NCBI GenBank assembly: GCA_036522035.1
Contig: DATDGP010000220.1
Span: 19,407 to 83,406 of the forward strand
DNA: 64,000 nucleotides
Source: Terriglobales bacterium
GTDB taxonomy: Bacteria; Acidobacteriota; Terriglobia; Terriglobales; Acidobacteriaceae
Direction: 5' to 3'
Under the pieces are notes generated by a model. That model did no database searches, was not told where the DNA came from, and saw only the letters and a list, made by a program, of their open reading frames with translations. Shown piece after piece: positions 27,937 through 37,638 of the stretch (position 1 is the first letter of the stretch; every line of letters begins with the position of its first letter). Position numbers and translations under genes: made by a program.

Positions 27937-28665
27937 TTGACCAAGCTGATAACAATTCGATCTCCAAGTCCATCCGAATGCACGGATGCGCGAGAATTGT
28001 CAGGTGTGCGAGAGCAGGCCGCGCGAGAGTCATCCCTATCGCGGAAGCAAAAAGGCCGTTCGCGGACCTTCGGGAGGCCAGAAGGCCTCCTGTTTGCGCG
28101 CAACTTCCTGCAACATCCGATGATGCTCGGCTCGCTCATCCCCAGCTCGCGCTTCCTCGTGGAGCGTCTGCTGGACCAGGTCGATTGGGCGCGCGCGGAC
28201 ACTATAGTCGAGTACGGACCAGGAGTGGGCACCATTACGGCACCTATCTTGCAACGCATGTCGCCACAGGCCCTACTGGTGGTTTTTGAAATGAATCGCG
28301 ATTTCGTGGGCCATTTGCGTCAGCGCTTGCCCGATCCTAGACTCCATGTCGTCCACGGTTCGGCCGAACGCGTGCGCGCGGAACTCCGTCACCTGAAGCT
28401 CACCGGCGCCGATTACATTATTTCCGGCATTCCCTACACCACCATGCCGGTCAGCCTGCGGGAGACGATCATGCGCGAATCGCGCGCGGCTCTCAATCCC
28501 GGCGGCGCGGTGCTGGTCTACCAGTTCACACGCGCCGTGTTGCCCCACCTCAGGACCCACTTTCGCCATATTCGCCAGGATTTTGAACTTCGCAACATCC
28601 TGCCCGCCCGCTTGTTCTACTGCACCCAGGAACAAACCAAGTGGAACAGGCGAAGCAACAGCTAG
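27937..28665 (+). CDS. Class I SAM-dependent methyltransferase (phospholipid N-methyltransferase / rRNA adenine dimethylase-like)
   Basis: 242-aa ORF (TTG start, uncertain) with SAM motif I (VEYGPGVGTIT) and the conserved N-terminal FLQHPMMLGSLIPSS block. Confidence 0.6.
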   Translation: MTKLITIRSPSPSECTDARELSGVREQAARESSLSRKQKGRSRTFGRPEGLLFARNFLQHPMMLGSLIPSSRFLVERLLDQVDWARADTIVEYGPGVGTITAPILQRMSPQALLVVFEMNRDFVGHLRQRLPDPRLHVVHGSAERVRAELRHLKLTGADYIISGIPYTTMPVSLRETIMRESRAALNPGGAVLVYQFTRAVLPHLRTHFRHIRQDFELRNILPARLFYCTQEQTKWNRRSNS

Positions 28666-28707
28666 CCAAGCACAAGAGTAGAGCGGGTGCCCACCCTTCT
28701 CGTGGGC

Positions 28708-29712
28708 CTAATCCATGACCACCACGACTTTCCCAAACGTCTCATTCGACTCCAATCGCGCATGGGCTTTGGCGATTTCCGAGTGCGGGAAGACGCTGTC
28801 GATCACGGTCCGCAGCGTCCCGTCAGCCAGCAGAGGCACGACTTCTGAAGCGAACGACTGCGTGGCCTGAATCTTTTCCTCAAGAGTTCGGGCACGCAGA
28901 GCAGTTCCGCGGACGTTGAGCCGCTTGCCCAGCATGTAGCGCGCCTCGAGTTCGTAGCCCCCGCCGGCGACCGAGCCGACCAGCATGATACGTCCCTTCA
29001 CGGCCATCAGGCGTTGGAAAGCCCTAACGTACGGCCCGCCGGCTAGGTCGAGCACGACGTTGATGCCCTTACCGCCAGTCCATTTTTCCACCGCGGCGAC
29101 AAGCTCGTCGAAGTTGTCCTGAACGGTAAGGCCGCCCTCCAGGCCGAAGGGTCCTGCGCGTTGGATCTTGGCGGACGTGCGCGAGGTCCCGAAAGGAACA
29201 GCGTGAACGGCGCGGGCGAGTTGCACTCCGGCCAAGCCTACGCCGCTGCCGACGGCGTTGATGAGCACGGTTTCTCCGGGGCGCAGCCCGGCCTGAACCC
29301 AGAGGGCATCTTGCGCCGTGATAAAGACTTCAGGAACAGACGCGGCCTGGGCCCAATCCAGTCCCGCCGGAATTTCCGCTAACAGGCCTTCGTATGTCGC
29401 GACGTATTCGGCATGGGCGCCACCACCGAGGAGGCCAAAGACGCGCTGTCCGGGCTTCCACATACGTACCGAAGAGCCGATCTCGGCGATCTCCCCAGCG
29501 AACTCGATCCCCGGAATCTCCGCCGGGAAGCCCGGCGGAGGAGGATACCTGCCCTGACGTTGCAGCAGATCGGCGCGGTTGAGGCCTGAGGCGCGGACCC
29601 GTACCAGCACCTGGTCCGGCGTGATATGCGGCTTGCCGACCTGCCGGACTTCCAGGACCTCTGGTCCGCCAAAACTGGGAATCCAAACTGCTCGCATGGT
29701 ATTCATCTTCAT
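28708..29712 (-). CDS. NAD(P)H:quinone oxidoreductase (zinc-independent MDR family, Qor/PIG3-like)
   Basis: 334 aa, GroES-like N-domain with GLNRADLLQRQGRYPPPPG and a Rossmann motif INAVGSGVGLAGVQLA. Confidence 0.85.
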   Translation of the reverse strand: MKMNTMRAVWIPSFGGPEVLEVRQVGKPHITPDQVLVRVRASGLNRADLLQRQGRYPPPPGFPAEIPGIEFAGEIAEIGSSVRMWKPGQRVFGLLGGGAHAEYVATYEGLLAEIPAGLDWAQAASVPEVFITAQDALWVQAGLRPGETVLINAVGSGVGLAGVQLARAVHAVPFGTSRTSAKIQRAGPFGLEGGLTVQDNFDELVAAVEKWTGGKGINVVLDLAGGPYVRAFQRLMAVKGRIMLVGSVAGGGYELEARYMLGKRLNVRGTALRARTLEEKIQATQSFASEVVPLLADGTLRTVIDSVFPHSEIAKAHARLESNETFGKVVVVMD

Positions 29713-29772
29713 GTCTTGGAAGAAGCCGGAGACTCCTCCACCTCTCCGCGTGAGATTCGGCTCTCGCGGCCC

Positions 29773-31539
29773 CTAATGGCTGCCGCTGGCATGCGACTTC
29801 TTGTCGGCGATCCATTGGTTCACGTTGAGTTCTAAGATATCGAGTGGCAGCGGCCCCGAGCCCAGCACCACGTCGTGAAATTCCTTGAGGTCGAAGGCCG
29901 AACCCAGCGCGCTGCTGGCACGCTGGCGCAGCTCGTGGATTTTAAGTTCGCCCATCTTGTAAGCCAAGGCCTGTCCGGGCCATGCGATGTAGCGGTCAAT
30001 CTCGTTCACGATATCGAGCTCGGCCTTGGGTGCGTTGTCCATGAAGTATTGGATGGCCTGGGCGCGGGTCCAGTGTTTGGTGTGCATGCCAGTATCAACC
30101 ACCAGACGGACAGCGCGCCACATCTGGTAGGTCAGCTGACCGAATTTGGAATAAGGATCGGAGTACAGGCCCATGTCGTCGCCCAGAGATTCGGCGTAAA
30201 GACCCCAACCTTCTACAAACGCCGTGTACTCACCAAAGCGGCGAAACATCGGCTGTTCTCCCAATTCATGGGCCCGAGCGATCTGCAAATGGTGTCCGGG
30301 TACTGATTCGTGCAGCGTCAGCACGGTCATTTCCCACTTGGGCCGGGTCTCTGGTTTATAAAGATTGACGAAGTAGGTACCGGCACGCGACCCGTCGGCA
30401 GCTCCAGGTCGATAGTAAGCGGCTGTCGTGTCCGGCGCCGCGACTGCCGGGATCGCCTCCACGCCGTAGGGCTCGCGGGGCAAGGTCTTGAAGACCTTCA
30501 CTAGGTTCGGGTCCACCGACTTGGCCAGCGCAGCATAGGCCTCAAAGAGATCTTCAGGCGTCTTGTAATAGAACCGGGCATCGGTGCGCAGGAACTTGAA
30601 AAACTCTTCACGCGATCCCTTGAAGCCGGTCTTGGCCATGATCTGGTCCATCTCGGCGCGGATGCGCGCTACTTCCTTCAAACCGATCTGGTGAATCTCC
30701 TCCGGCGTGGCGTTGGTGGTTGTGAATTGGCGGGCTAGGAAGGCATAGCGTTCGGCGCCGTTGGGCATCTGCCAGATACCCACCTGGTCGAAGCACGCGG
30801 GAAGGTACTCGCTGACGAAGAATTCCTTGAACTTCTTGAAGGCCGGGACGATCTGCTGCTCCACGGCCTGGCGAGCTTCACGCTCGAGCCGCTCACGGTC
30901 GGCTGGCGAGATCTCGTTCGAGAAGTTGAGAAAGGGTTTGTAGAACCCGCTCTGCGCGGCGTCAGAGACGATCTGCTTATCGATCTGGGCGGGAATGCGC
31001 TGCATGATCACTTTGGGATGGACAATGCGCTCCTTCATTCCCTGCCGCATCAGCGCAATGTTCTGATCCATCAGCGTCGGAAAGGTGCGTAGGCGGGCTA
31101 TCCAGTCTTCGTAATCTTTGAGCGTCTGGAAACGTAGAGAGTCGGCGAGCTCGTCGATGGTTTGGATGCCGCCGCGCTGATTCAATCGCAGCAAAAACTC
31201 GTGGAACTTGTAGCCCTCGACCGATTCCTCGTAGTTCTTCTTGAAGAGATCGTAGCTGAGCTGATCCTGCGCGGAGAGCGCGCCGCGGTCGATGTTGGCC
31301 AGTTGCGCGAGCACCTCCTGATTGTGCTGGTGGCGACGGGCAAAGGCATCCATACTTTCGTCGGACCAGCGATCGTTCCAGCGGCGATCACCCAGCTCGG
31401 AGGCCGATTCCGGCGACTGTTGCATGTCATAGTCCCATTCCGCGGCAAACAGATCGTGCAATGCTTTGGTGGCGTTCGATTGCTGAGCCATCATGGTCGG
31501 AATCGCAAAAACCAGGAACAACAAGGACCAATAGCGCAT
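29773..31539 (-). CDS. Secreted DUF885 family protein (metallopeptidase-like)
   Basis: ORF 29773..31698(-). The ATG at 31539 has a GGAGG upstream and gives the signal peptide MRYWSLLFLVFAIPTMMAQQ. The characteristic HESVPGHHLQ motif is present. Confidence 0.75.
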   Translation of the reverse strand: MRYWSLLFLVFAIPTMMAQQSNATKALHDLFAAEWDYDMQQSPESASELGDRRWNDRWSDESMDAFARRHQHNQEVLAQLANIDRGALSAQDQLSYDLFKKNYEESVEGYKFHEFLLRLNQRGGIQTIDELADSLRFQTLKDYEDWIARLRTFPTLMDQNIALMRQGMKERIVHPKVIMQRIPAQIDKQIVSDAAQSGFYKPFLNFSNEISPADRERLEREARQAVEQQIVPAFKKFKEFFVSEYLPACFDQVGIWQMPNGAERYAFLARQFTTTNATPEEIHQIGLKEVARIRAEMDQIMAKTGFKGSREEFFKFLRTDARFYYKTPEDLFEAYAALAKSVDPNLVKVFKTLPREPYGVEAIPAVAAPDTTAAYYRPGAADGSRAGTYFVNLYKPETRPKWEMTVLTLHESVPGHHLQIARAHELGEQPMFRRFGEYTAFVEGWGLYAESLGDDMGLYSDPYSKFGQLTYQMWRAVRLVVDTGMHTKHWTRAQAIQYFMDNAPKAELDIVNEIDRYIAWPGQALAYKMGELKIHELRQRASSALGSAFDLKEFHDVVLGSGPLPLDILELNVNQWIADKKSHASGSH

Positions 31540-31829
31540 AGGGCCTCCGGGGGGGGTATCGCCAACCTTATAACAGAAAGCGACACGGGAAATAAGGCCT
31601 AGTTTCGATGGAACTGGTGGTGATGGTGCGCGCAACTCTTGGTTGGCGCCGAGCGCCACAACCTGCGACGGCGCGGTGAACGCCGACCGCGGCTTCACCA
31701 GGAAGGGAAGTCGCAGAAAGAGGCCGGATTCGTCTCTGAACCCGTTTGGTGCTTTACGCTAATTGCTAAGAATCGATCCCACGGGCTACTCTAGGCGGTC
31801 TCGAAGACTCTCCCCGGAGGACCTGGGCC

Positions 31830-33812
31830 ATGATCACCAAAATAGCCAACACGAGAACGCTCTTCACCAACCTGCTTGCTAACGGACTCTCGTCAATCCC
31901 GAGGCTCGCAAAGTTCGCCGCGCCGCTGCTGGTCTTGATAACCATCTCGCTTCCGGTCGCACCAAACGCCTTGGCCCAAGCCACACCGCGGGCACAGCCG
32001 AACACGGTCAAGAAGCCCGAAGCCGGTCGCCCGCTGGAGAAAGGTCCGGCTACGGTTGCCGAGGCCGAAGCTTTCATGAACAAAGCCGAAGCCCGTCTTG
32101 AAGAGCTCAGTGTGGAAGTCAACCGCGCGAGCTGGGTCCAGGAGAACTTCATCACCGACGACACGGAGATTATCGGCGCCCAGGCGCAGGAAAAAGCCAT
32201 CGCCGTGACCACCGAGCTGGCGCTGGCCGCCCGGCGCTTCGAACACCTGAAGCTGCCGGCGCAGCTAGAGCGGAAATTCAAGCTGCTGAAGCTCTCGCTG
32301 GTGGCGCCCGCGCCCAATAACGATAAAGAGCGCGCGGAGCTCACGCGCATTGCCGCGTCGCTTGACGGCGACTATGGCAAAGGCAAGTACTGCAAGCCGC
32401 AAGCAGGAGGCGTCGAAAAGTGCCTGTCCTTGAACGACCTCAGCCGGACTCTCGCCACCAGCACCAATCCCGACGAGCTGCTCGACGCCTGGGTAGGCTG
32501 GCACAAGATCTCCGTGCCCATGCGCCAGCGCTATTCCCGCTTCGTCGAGCTTTCAAATGCTGGTGCCCGCGAGCTCGGCTTCAAGGACACCGGCGCCATG
32601 TGGCGCTCAGGTTACGACATGACTCCGGAAGAGTTCTCCGATGAACTGGAGCGGCTGTGGCGGCAGGTTGAGCCGCTTTATATCTCGCTGCACGCGTACG
32701 TGCGCAAGCGGTTGATCAACAAGTACGGCAAGATCGCTAACCGTCCCGACGGGTTGATTCCCTCACAATTGCTAGGCAACATGTGGGCCCAGGAGTGGGG
32801 CAACATCTATCCTTTGGTCGCTCCGGAGACTTCCGACAAGGGCTACGACCTGACCGAGCTGCTCAAGGACCACAAGGTTGACGAGCTGGGCATGGTCCAC
32901 GACGGCATCAATTTCTTCTCATCGCTCGGCTTCGCTCCGCCGCAGCAGACCTTCTGGGAAAGATCACTGTTCCTCAAGCCTCGCGATCGCGACGTGGTGT
33001 GCCACGCCAGCGCCTGGAACATCGACAACCAAGAAGACGTGCGGTTGAAAATGTGTATTGAGGTGCGCGATGAGGACTTCGTGACCATCCATCACGAACT
33101 CGGGCACAACTACTACCAGCGCGCGTACAAAGATCAGCCGCCGCTGTTTCAGGACAGCGCCAACGACGGTTTCCATGAAGCCGTGGGCGACACCATCGCT
33201 TTATCGGTCACCCCCGAGTACCTGAAAGAGATCGGGCTGCTGGCGCAAGTCCCGCCGGAGACCGCCGATACCGGCTACCTGCTGAAGATGGCGCTAGACA
33301 AGGTTGCCTTCCTGCCTTTTGGACTCCTGATCGACAAATGGCGCTGGCAGGTTTTCTCCGGCGAGATCACTCCCGCTGAATACAACAAGCTGTGGTGGGA
33401 TCTCAAGCAAAAATATCAGGGCGTGGCTCCCCCGGTGGAACGCAGCGAAGCCGATTTTGATCCCGGGGCCAAATACCACGTGGCGTCTAACACGCCGTAC
33501 GTGCGTTACTTCCTGGCGCGAATACTGCAGTTTCAGTTTCATCGGGCGCTGTGCCAGGCCGCGGGCTATCAGGGGCCGCTCCATCGATGCTCGATCTATC
33601 AGAACAAGGCTGCTGGCGCCCGCTTGAACCAGATGCTCAACATGGGCAAGAGCAAGCCCTGGCCGGATGCTTTGGAAGCCATCAGCGGTCAACGCCAGAT
33701 GGACGCTACCGCCATTCTGGACTATTTTGCGCCACTCAAGAAATGGCTCGATCAGCAGAACCAGGGCGAGAAGCTGGGCTGGCTGGGGATGGACGCGCCC
33801 TCAACAAAGTGA
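31830..33812 (+). CDS. M2 family zinc metallopeptidase (angiotensin-converting-enzyme-like peptidyl-dipeptidase)
   Basis: 660 aa with a signal-like N-terminus. It has the HEXXH zinc motif HHELGHNYY and the downstream third ligand FHEAVGDTIALS, as in the ACE/M2 family. A GGAGG lies 8 nt upstream of the ATG. Confidence 0.8.
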   Translation: MITKIANTRTLFTNLLANGLSSIPRLAKFAAPLLVLITISLPVAPNALAQATPRAQPNTVKKPEAGRPLEKGPATVAEAEAFMNKAEARLEELSVEVNRASWVQENFITDDTEIIGAQAQEKAIAVTTELALAARRFEHLKLPAQLERKFKLLKLSLVAPAPNNDKERAELTRIAASLDGDYGKGKYCKPQAGGVEKCLSLNDLSRTLATSTNPDELLDAWVGWHKISVPMRQRYSRFVELSNAGARELGFKDTGAMWRSGYDMTPEEFSDELERLWRQVEPLYISLHAYVRKRLINKYGKIANRPDGLIPSQLLGNMWAQEWGNIYPLVAPETSDKGYDLTELLKDHKVDELGMVHDGINFFSSLGFAPPQQTFWERSLFLKPRDRDVVCHASAWNIDNQEDVRLKMCIEVRDEDFVTIHHELGHNYYQRAYKDQPPLFQDSANDGFHEAVGDTIALSVTPEYLKEIGLLAQVPPETADTGYLLKMALDKVAFLPFGLLIDKWRWQVFSGEITPAEYNKLWWDLKQKYQGVAPPVERSEADFDPGAKYHVASNTPYVRYFLARILQFQFHRALCQAAGYQGPLHRCSIYQNKAAGARLNQMLNMGKSKPWPDALEAISGQRQMDATAILDYFAPLKKWLDQQNQGEKLGWLGMDAPSTK

Positions 33813-34069
33813 CGCTGTCGGAGCAAGCAAGACCAAAGTAAGGCTCGAAGACTCTCGGTCGCAAACCAGGATAGCTCCATGGCCGATGGGTCTTGGGAGG
33901 TCCTCCTTCGCGCCGCATGGATGCAGGATCGGAACGCAAACGAAGAAGCATACTTTTTCGGGTTGATGGTCTCCCCTGAGTCAAATTTCCCATTTGCCTG
34001 CGTTTCGAATAATCTCAAGAGACACTACTTTTTTCTTCAGGCGTGGGAATCGGGGTATGCGCGGAAATC

Positions 34070-34279
34070 ATGGCCAAGTGGAAACAATACGAACTCTGGG
34101 TACAGACCAGCGAGACCAAATGGGAGATGGTGGGAGTGTTCCCGGACACGGAGATTCCTACGGCGATCGCCGGGACGCGGCGCGGCCGGTCGCGTCTGAT
34201 CGAAGTGCTGTACGACGGCACCAAAATGCTGGGCCAGGAGATCATTGCTGAGATCGGCGTGGGCCGCGAACAAAGCTGA
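34070..34279 (+). CDS. Small hypothetical protein (69 aa)
   Basis: In-frame ATG at 34070 within ORF 34043..34279 (MAKWKQYELWVQTSETKWEMVGVF...). The codon usage looks coding. No family was recognised. Confidence 0.35.
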   Translation: MAKWKQYELWVQTSETKWEMVGVFPDTEIPTAIAGTRRGRSRLIEVLYDGTKMLGQEIIAEIGVGREQS

Positions 34280-34354
34280 GAACCACTTGACGATCCGCAA
34301 ACTCTTGAGCCGCTATTTCGTCGAACACGTGGTGTTCTTGGTACCTCGATGATG

Positions 34355-34870
34355 TCAGCGAAGGTTGGCGGGAATCAGGCACTCCACGATCAGAACGTCG
34401 CGCCACACTCCATCCAGCTTGCCGTGATTCTTGTAGATGCCGACTTCGCGGAAGCCCGCAGAGGCAACTAACCGTCGGCTGGCCTGATTGTCGAGAAAGA
34501 TTCGCGAAACTAGTTTCCAGAAGCCGGCACGCTCGGCTTCAGAGAGAATCGCCCGCATGGCGGCACGTCCAGCGCCATACCCGCGAGACGATCGCTCGAC
34601 GTACAGCGAGACCTCCGCGATACCCGCATAACAAGTCCGCGGACGATACGTCGAGGTCGCGGCAAAGGCCACGATCCGCTCGCCTGACTCCACCACAACG
34701 GTGGGGTGGACACCGTCAAACCAGGCGGCGACGTCAGTAGCGCTTCTCAGCACAGTCTCAAAGGTCGCCAAGCGGTCTTCGATTCCCTGGTTGTAGATGT
34801 TGGTGATGGCGGCAGCGTCTGGCAAGGATGCCAGGCGAGGACGCAAGTTCTTCAAGTCAGCGCCGGTCAT
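34355..34870 (-). CDS. GNAT family N-acetyltransferase (phosphinothricin/MSO acetyltransferase-like)
   Basis: 171 aa with ITNIYNQGIEDRLATFET at the N-terminus and the acetyl-CoA motif RGYGAGRAAMRAIL. Confidence 0.8.
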   Translation of the reverse strand: MTGADLKNLRPRLASLPDAAAITNIYNQGIEDRLATFETVLRSATDVAAWFDGVHPTVVVESGERIVAFAATSTYRPRTCYAGIAEVSLYVERSSRGYGAGRAAMRAILSEAERAGFWKLVSRIFLDNQASRRLVASAGFREVGIYKNHGKLDGVWRDVLIVECLIPANLR

Positions 34871-34881
34871 GACTCAGTTTA

Positions 34882-36228
34882 TTACGGGCGTCGAGGCTTC
34901 GTGCGGCTCCGCACCCGAGCTGGGGTACCGGATGCGTCGCGAAAACGCAACAGCAACGGCGGTGTGAAATGTTCGCCGGGTTTGAGTTGCCCATGATCGT
35001 CAACTTTGTTCCAGCCGACGTTGGCGGTGACGTAGAACCAGCCGTTCAGGCCCGTAACGTGAGTTGGGTCGCCCAGCCGGTCGGTCGACTGCTCGATGAC
35101 TTCGCCTGACGTGATGGCGGTCTGCGCCGTGTTCAGATGGAAGAGAACAATCCGTTCGGGATCGGTGCCGTTCTGGATGCCAATGAGCGAATCGCCTGAG
35201 AGGTAGAGTCCATCGAGCCCGGTCACCGCTACGCTCTCCGGATGCGGCAGGTAGTTGAGCTGTCCAGGAGTATTTGCTCGGGTCAGATCCACTACGCCGA
35301 TGCCGATCGAGTAGTCGGCGACGAAGAGGCGTTTACCGTCGGCGGCCAGCACCGGCGTTTGCGGGGAAAAGAAATCGCCGGCAATCTTTTCAAGGGAGGC
35401 TGTCGCCAAATCACCGCGAACCCGGTAAACGCCCCCGCCGATGCTGTCACTCACGTACGCCGTACCGTCTTCTGCAACCGACATATCGCCCAACACGGCA
35501 GGACCTCCGGCAACAAGATCAAACCGACGAACCGTCTTGCCGGTCGCTCCATCGATGGCGAAGAGAGCAGCTTTGCCTTCGTCTGGTTTGGGAAATCCTG
35601 TAAATCCGGACATGGCGCTCGCCGTCATCCACAACAAGTCTCGTTTGGCGTCGGCGGAGACAGCCAGCACCGGCCAACGCTTGGCCTGGTCTTCAAGCGC
35701 GATCTCTTGGAGACCACATTCAGCTTCGCCGGCCTTGGGAAGTTTCACACGATACAGGGTGTGATGCTGAATGCTGGATACTACGAAGGCACCGCCGGCA
35801 TTGTCGAACGTGAGATCCTCGGGCATAAGGTCGGTCGGGGATAACGTGCATACGGCTTCGGCCTTCTGAATCTGCCTCGTCCTCTCCCTCATTTCTTGTG
35901 CGATCGCCGCGAATCCCGGGTCGGCGATCAGCGGCTTCAAATCATCGTCGGCGGCAACGTCGTATTTCAAACCCATGGCGACATATTTTTTGAGCCACTC
36001 CAGAGCTTCCCGGTCGTTGCCCAGACGGGCTTCAACGGAGGCCATTCGCAGCAGGTAGATCGGCGTGGAGCCGGGCATCTCGCGCCCAATCTCGATCAGC
36101 GTGTCGCGCAGTCCCTTCCAGTTCTTTTGCTGCGCCTGTTCGTGCGCCTTCTTGTTAAGCTCGATGAAACGAGCCTGGTCCAGCGCATACGATGGCGCAA
36201 GCAGGATCGCACCTACCGCTAGCGCCAT
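34882..36228 (-). CDS. Secreted hypothetical protein: N-terminal helical (TPR-like) region plus beta-propeller-like domain
   Basis: ORF 34882..36267(-). The ATG at 36228 gives MALAVGAILLAPSYA. The C-terminal two-thirds are beta-rich with repeated blades (AYVSDSIGGGVYRV, LFVADYSIGIGVVD). Confidence 0.55.
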   Translation of the reverse strand: MALAVGAILLAPSYALDQARFIELNKKAHEQAQQKNWKGLRDTLIEIGREMPGSTPIYLLRMASVEARLGNDREALEWLKKYVAMGLKYDVAADDDLKPLIADPGFAAIAQEMRERTRQIQKAEAVCTLSPTDLMPEDLTFDNAGGAFVVSSIQHHTLYRVKLPKAGEAECGLQEIALEDQAKRWPVLAVSADAKRDLLWMTASAMSGFTGFPKPDEGKAALFAIDGATGKTVRRFDLVAGGPAVLGDMSVAEDGTAYVSDSIGGGVYRVRGDLATASLEKIAGDFFSPQTPVLAADGKRLFVADYSIGIGVVDLTRANTPGQLNYLPHPESVAVTGLDGLYLSGDSLIGIQNGTDPERIVLFHLNTAQTAITSGEVIEQSTDRLGDPTHVTGLNGWFYVTANVGWNKVDDHGQLKPGEHFTPPLLLRFRDASGTPARVRSRTKPRRP

Positions 36229-36453
36229 CACCGCCTTTTTCTTTATCGCAAAGCATCCTCGGTGCATAATCTTTAGACGCTTGGTCTGTGCTTTGGTATG
36301 GAAAACTGCCGGCCAGCCTGAGTCATCGCGATCGCCGCTGCTCGGTCTCCAAGCGAAACCCCAGTTACCGAGGTTCTAAACCGCGCATTCCAGGCATCAG
36401 TGAATCGCATTGGTCTCTGGTCTTTTTTTTGATTTCGCTTTACTATCGCCCAT

Positions 36454-37506
36454 GTGGCAGCCCCGGATGAAAAGAACATCAACTCTGCGAAAGACAAAGA
36501 CCGCCTCGTCTCGGCCGTTCAGGCCGAAGACGATGCCTCTTTCGAGCTGAAGCTGCGGCCGCGGTTCCTCGGCGAGTTCATTGGACAAAAGAAGATCAAG
36601 GACAACCTGGGCGTCGCCATCCAGGCGGCCAAATCGCGCGGAGAGGCCCTGGACCATGTATTGCTCTACGGTCCGCCGGGACTGGGCAAGACCACGCTGG
36701 CCACGATCATCGCCAACGAAATGGGCGTAGCCTTTTCGCAGAGCGCGGGACCTGCTATCCAGATCAAGGGCGATCTCACGGCGATCCTCACCAACCTCAC
36801 CGACCGCCAGGTGCTGTTTCTGGACGAAGTTCACCGGCTGCAGCCGGCGCTCGAAGAGATTCTGTACTCGGCGCTCGAGGACTACAGGCTGGACATCATT
36901 ATCGGCCAGGGCCCTTCGGCGCGCACGCACACTATCGACGTTCATCCCTTCACCTTTGTGGCCGCTACCACTCGCGCCGGATTGCTTTCAGCGCCGCTGC
37001 GTTCGCGCTTTGGCATTCTGCTTCGCCTGGAGTTTTATACCCACGAAGAGCTCCGGTTCATTGTCGAGCGCTCAGCGGAGATTTTGGGCGTGGCCATCGA
37101 CGACGCCGGCGCCGCCGAACTCGCAGGTCGCGCCCGAGGGACGCCGCGCATCGCCAACCGATTGTTGCGGCGCGTCCGCGACTTCGCGCAGGTGCGAGGG
37201 CAGGGACGAATCGACAGAGCGATCGCGCAGGCAGCGCTGGAGATGCTAGAGGTCGACAAGCACGGCTTTGACGAGATTGATCGACGGCTCCTCCTGACCA
37301 TTATCCAGAAGTACAGCGGCGGCCCCGTGGGGCTGGGGACGCTGGCCGCCGCGCTCGCAGAAGAGCCGGAAGGACTGGAAGAAATGTATGAACCCTTTCT
37401 GATTCAGATCGGATTCCTCGATCGCACGCCTCGCGGACGCGTGGCCACGAAACTTGCGTACGACCATTTCGGCATTCGCTACGGCCGCCAACCCGGTCTT
37501 TTTTGA
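36454..37506 (+). CDS. ruvB: Holliday junction branch migration DNA helicase RuvB
   Basis: 350 aa with a GTG start, Walker A ([14 protein letters not shown]), Walker B ([10 protein letters not shown]), and the [16 protein letters not shown] sensor/winged-helix block. Confidence 0.95.
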   Translation: MAAPDEKNINSAKDKDRLVSAVQAEDDASFELKLRPRFLGEFIGQKKIKDNLGVAIQAAKSRGEALDHVLLYGPPGLGKTTLATIIANEMGVAFSQSAGPAIQIKGDLTAILTNLTDRQVLFLDEVHRLQPALEEILYSALEDYRLDIIIGQGPSARTHTIDVHPFTFVAATTRAGLLSAPLRSRFGILLRLEFYTHEELRFIVERSAEILGVAIDDAGAAELAGRARGTPRIANRLLRRVRDFAQVRGQGRIDRAIAQAALEMLEVDKHGFDEIDRRLLLTIIQKYSGGPVGLGTLAAALAEEPEGLEEMYEPFLIQIGFLDRTPRGRVATKLAYDHFGIRYGRQPGLF

Positions 37507-37638
37507 AGACCAAGCGCTAGAACCTCAGGCTTTCGTAGCCATTCCTACATCGGGTGATTTTTCGTGGGGCTCCTGGTTCCACTCTCTAACGTTTCTCGGC
37601 CAGCGGTGGTCTAAGATGCTGGTTGGACCTTCGCGTAT

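Noticed and set aside
33752-34018. Minus-strand 88-aa ORF with an SD-like GGAGG plus ATG downstream of the ACE-like gene
   Set aside because: It overlaps the 3' end of the M2 peptidase gene antisense and has an implausible Ser/Trp/Cys-rich sequence. The SD-like motif is better explained as part of the inverted sequence copy described in the findings.
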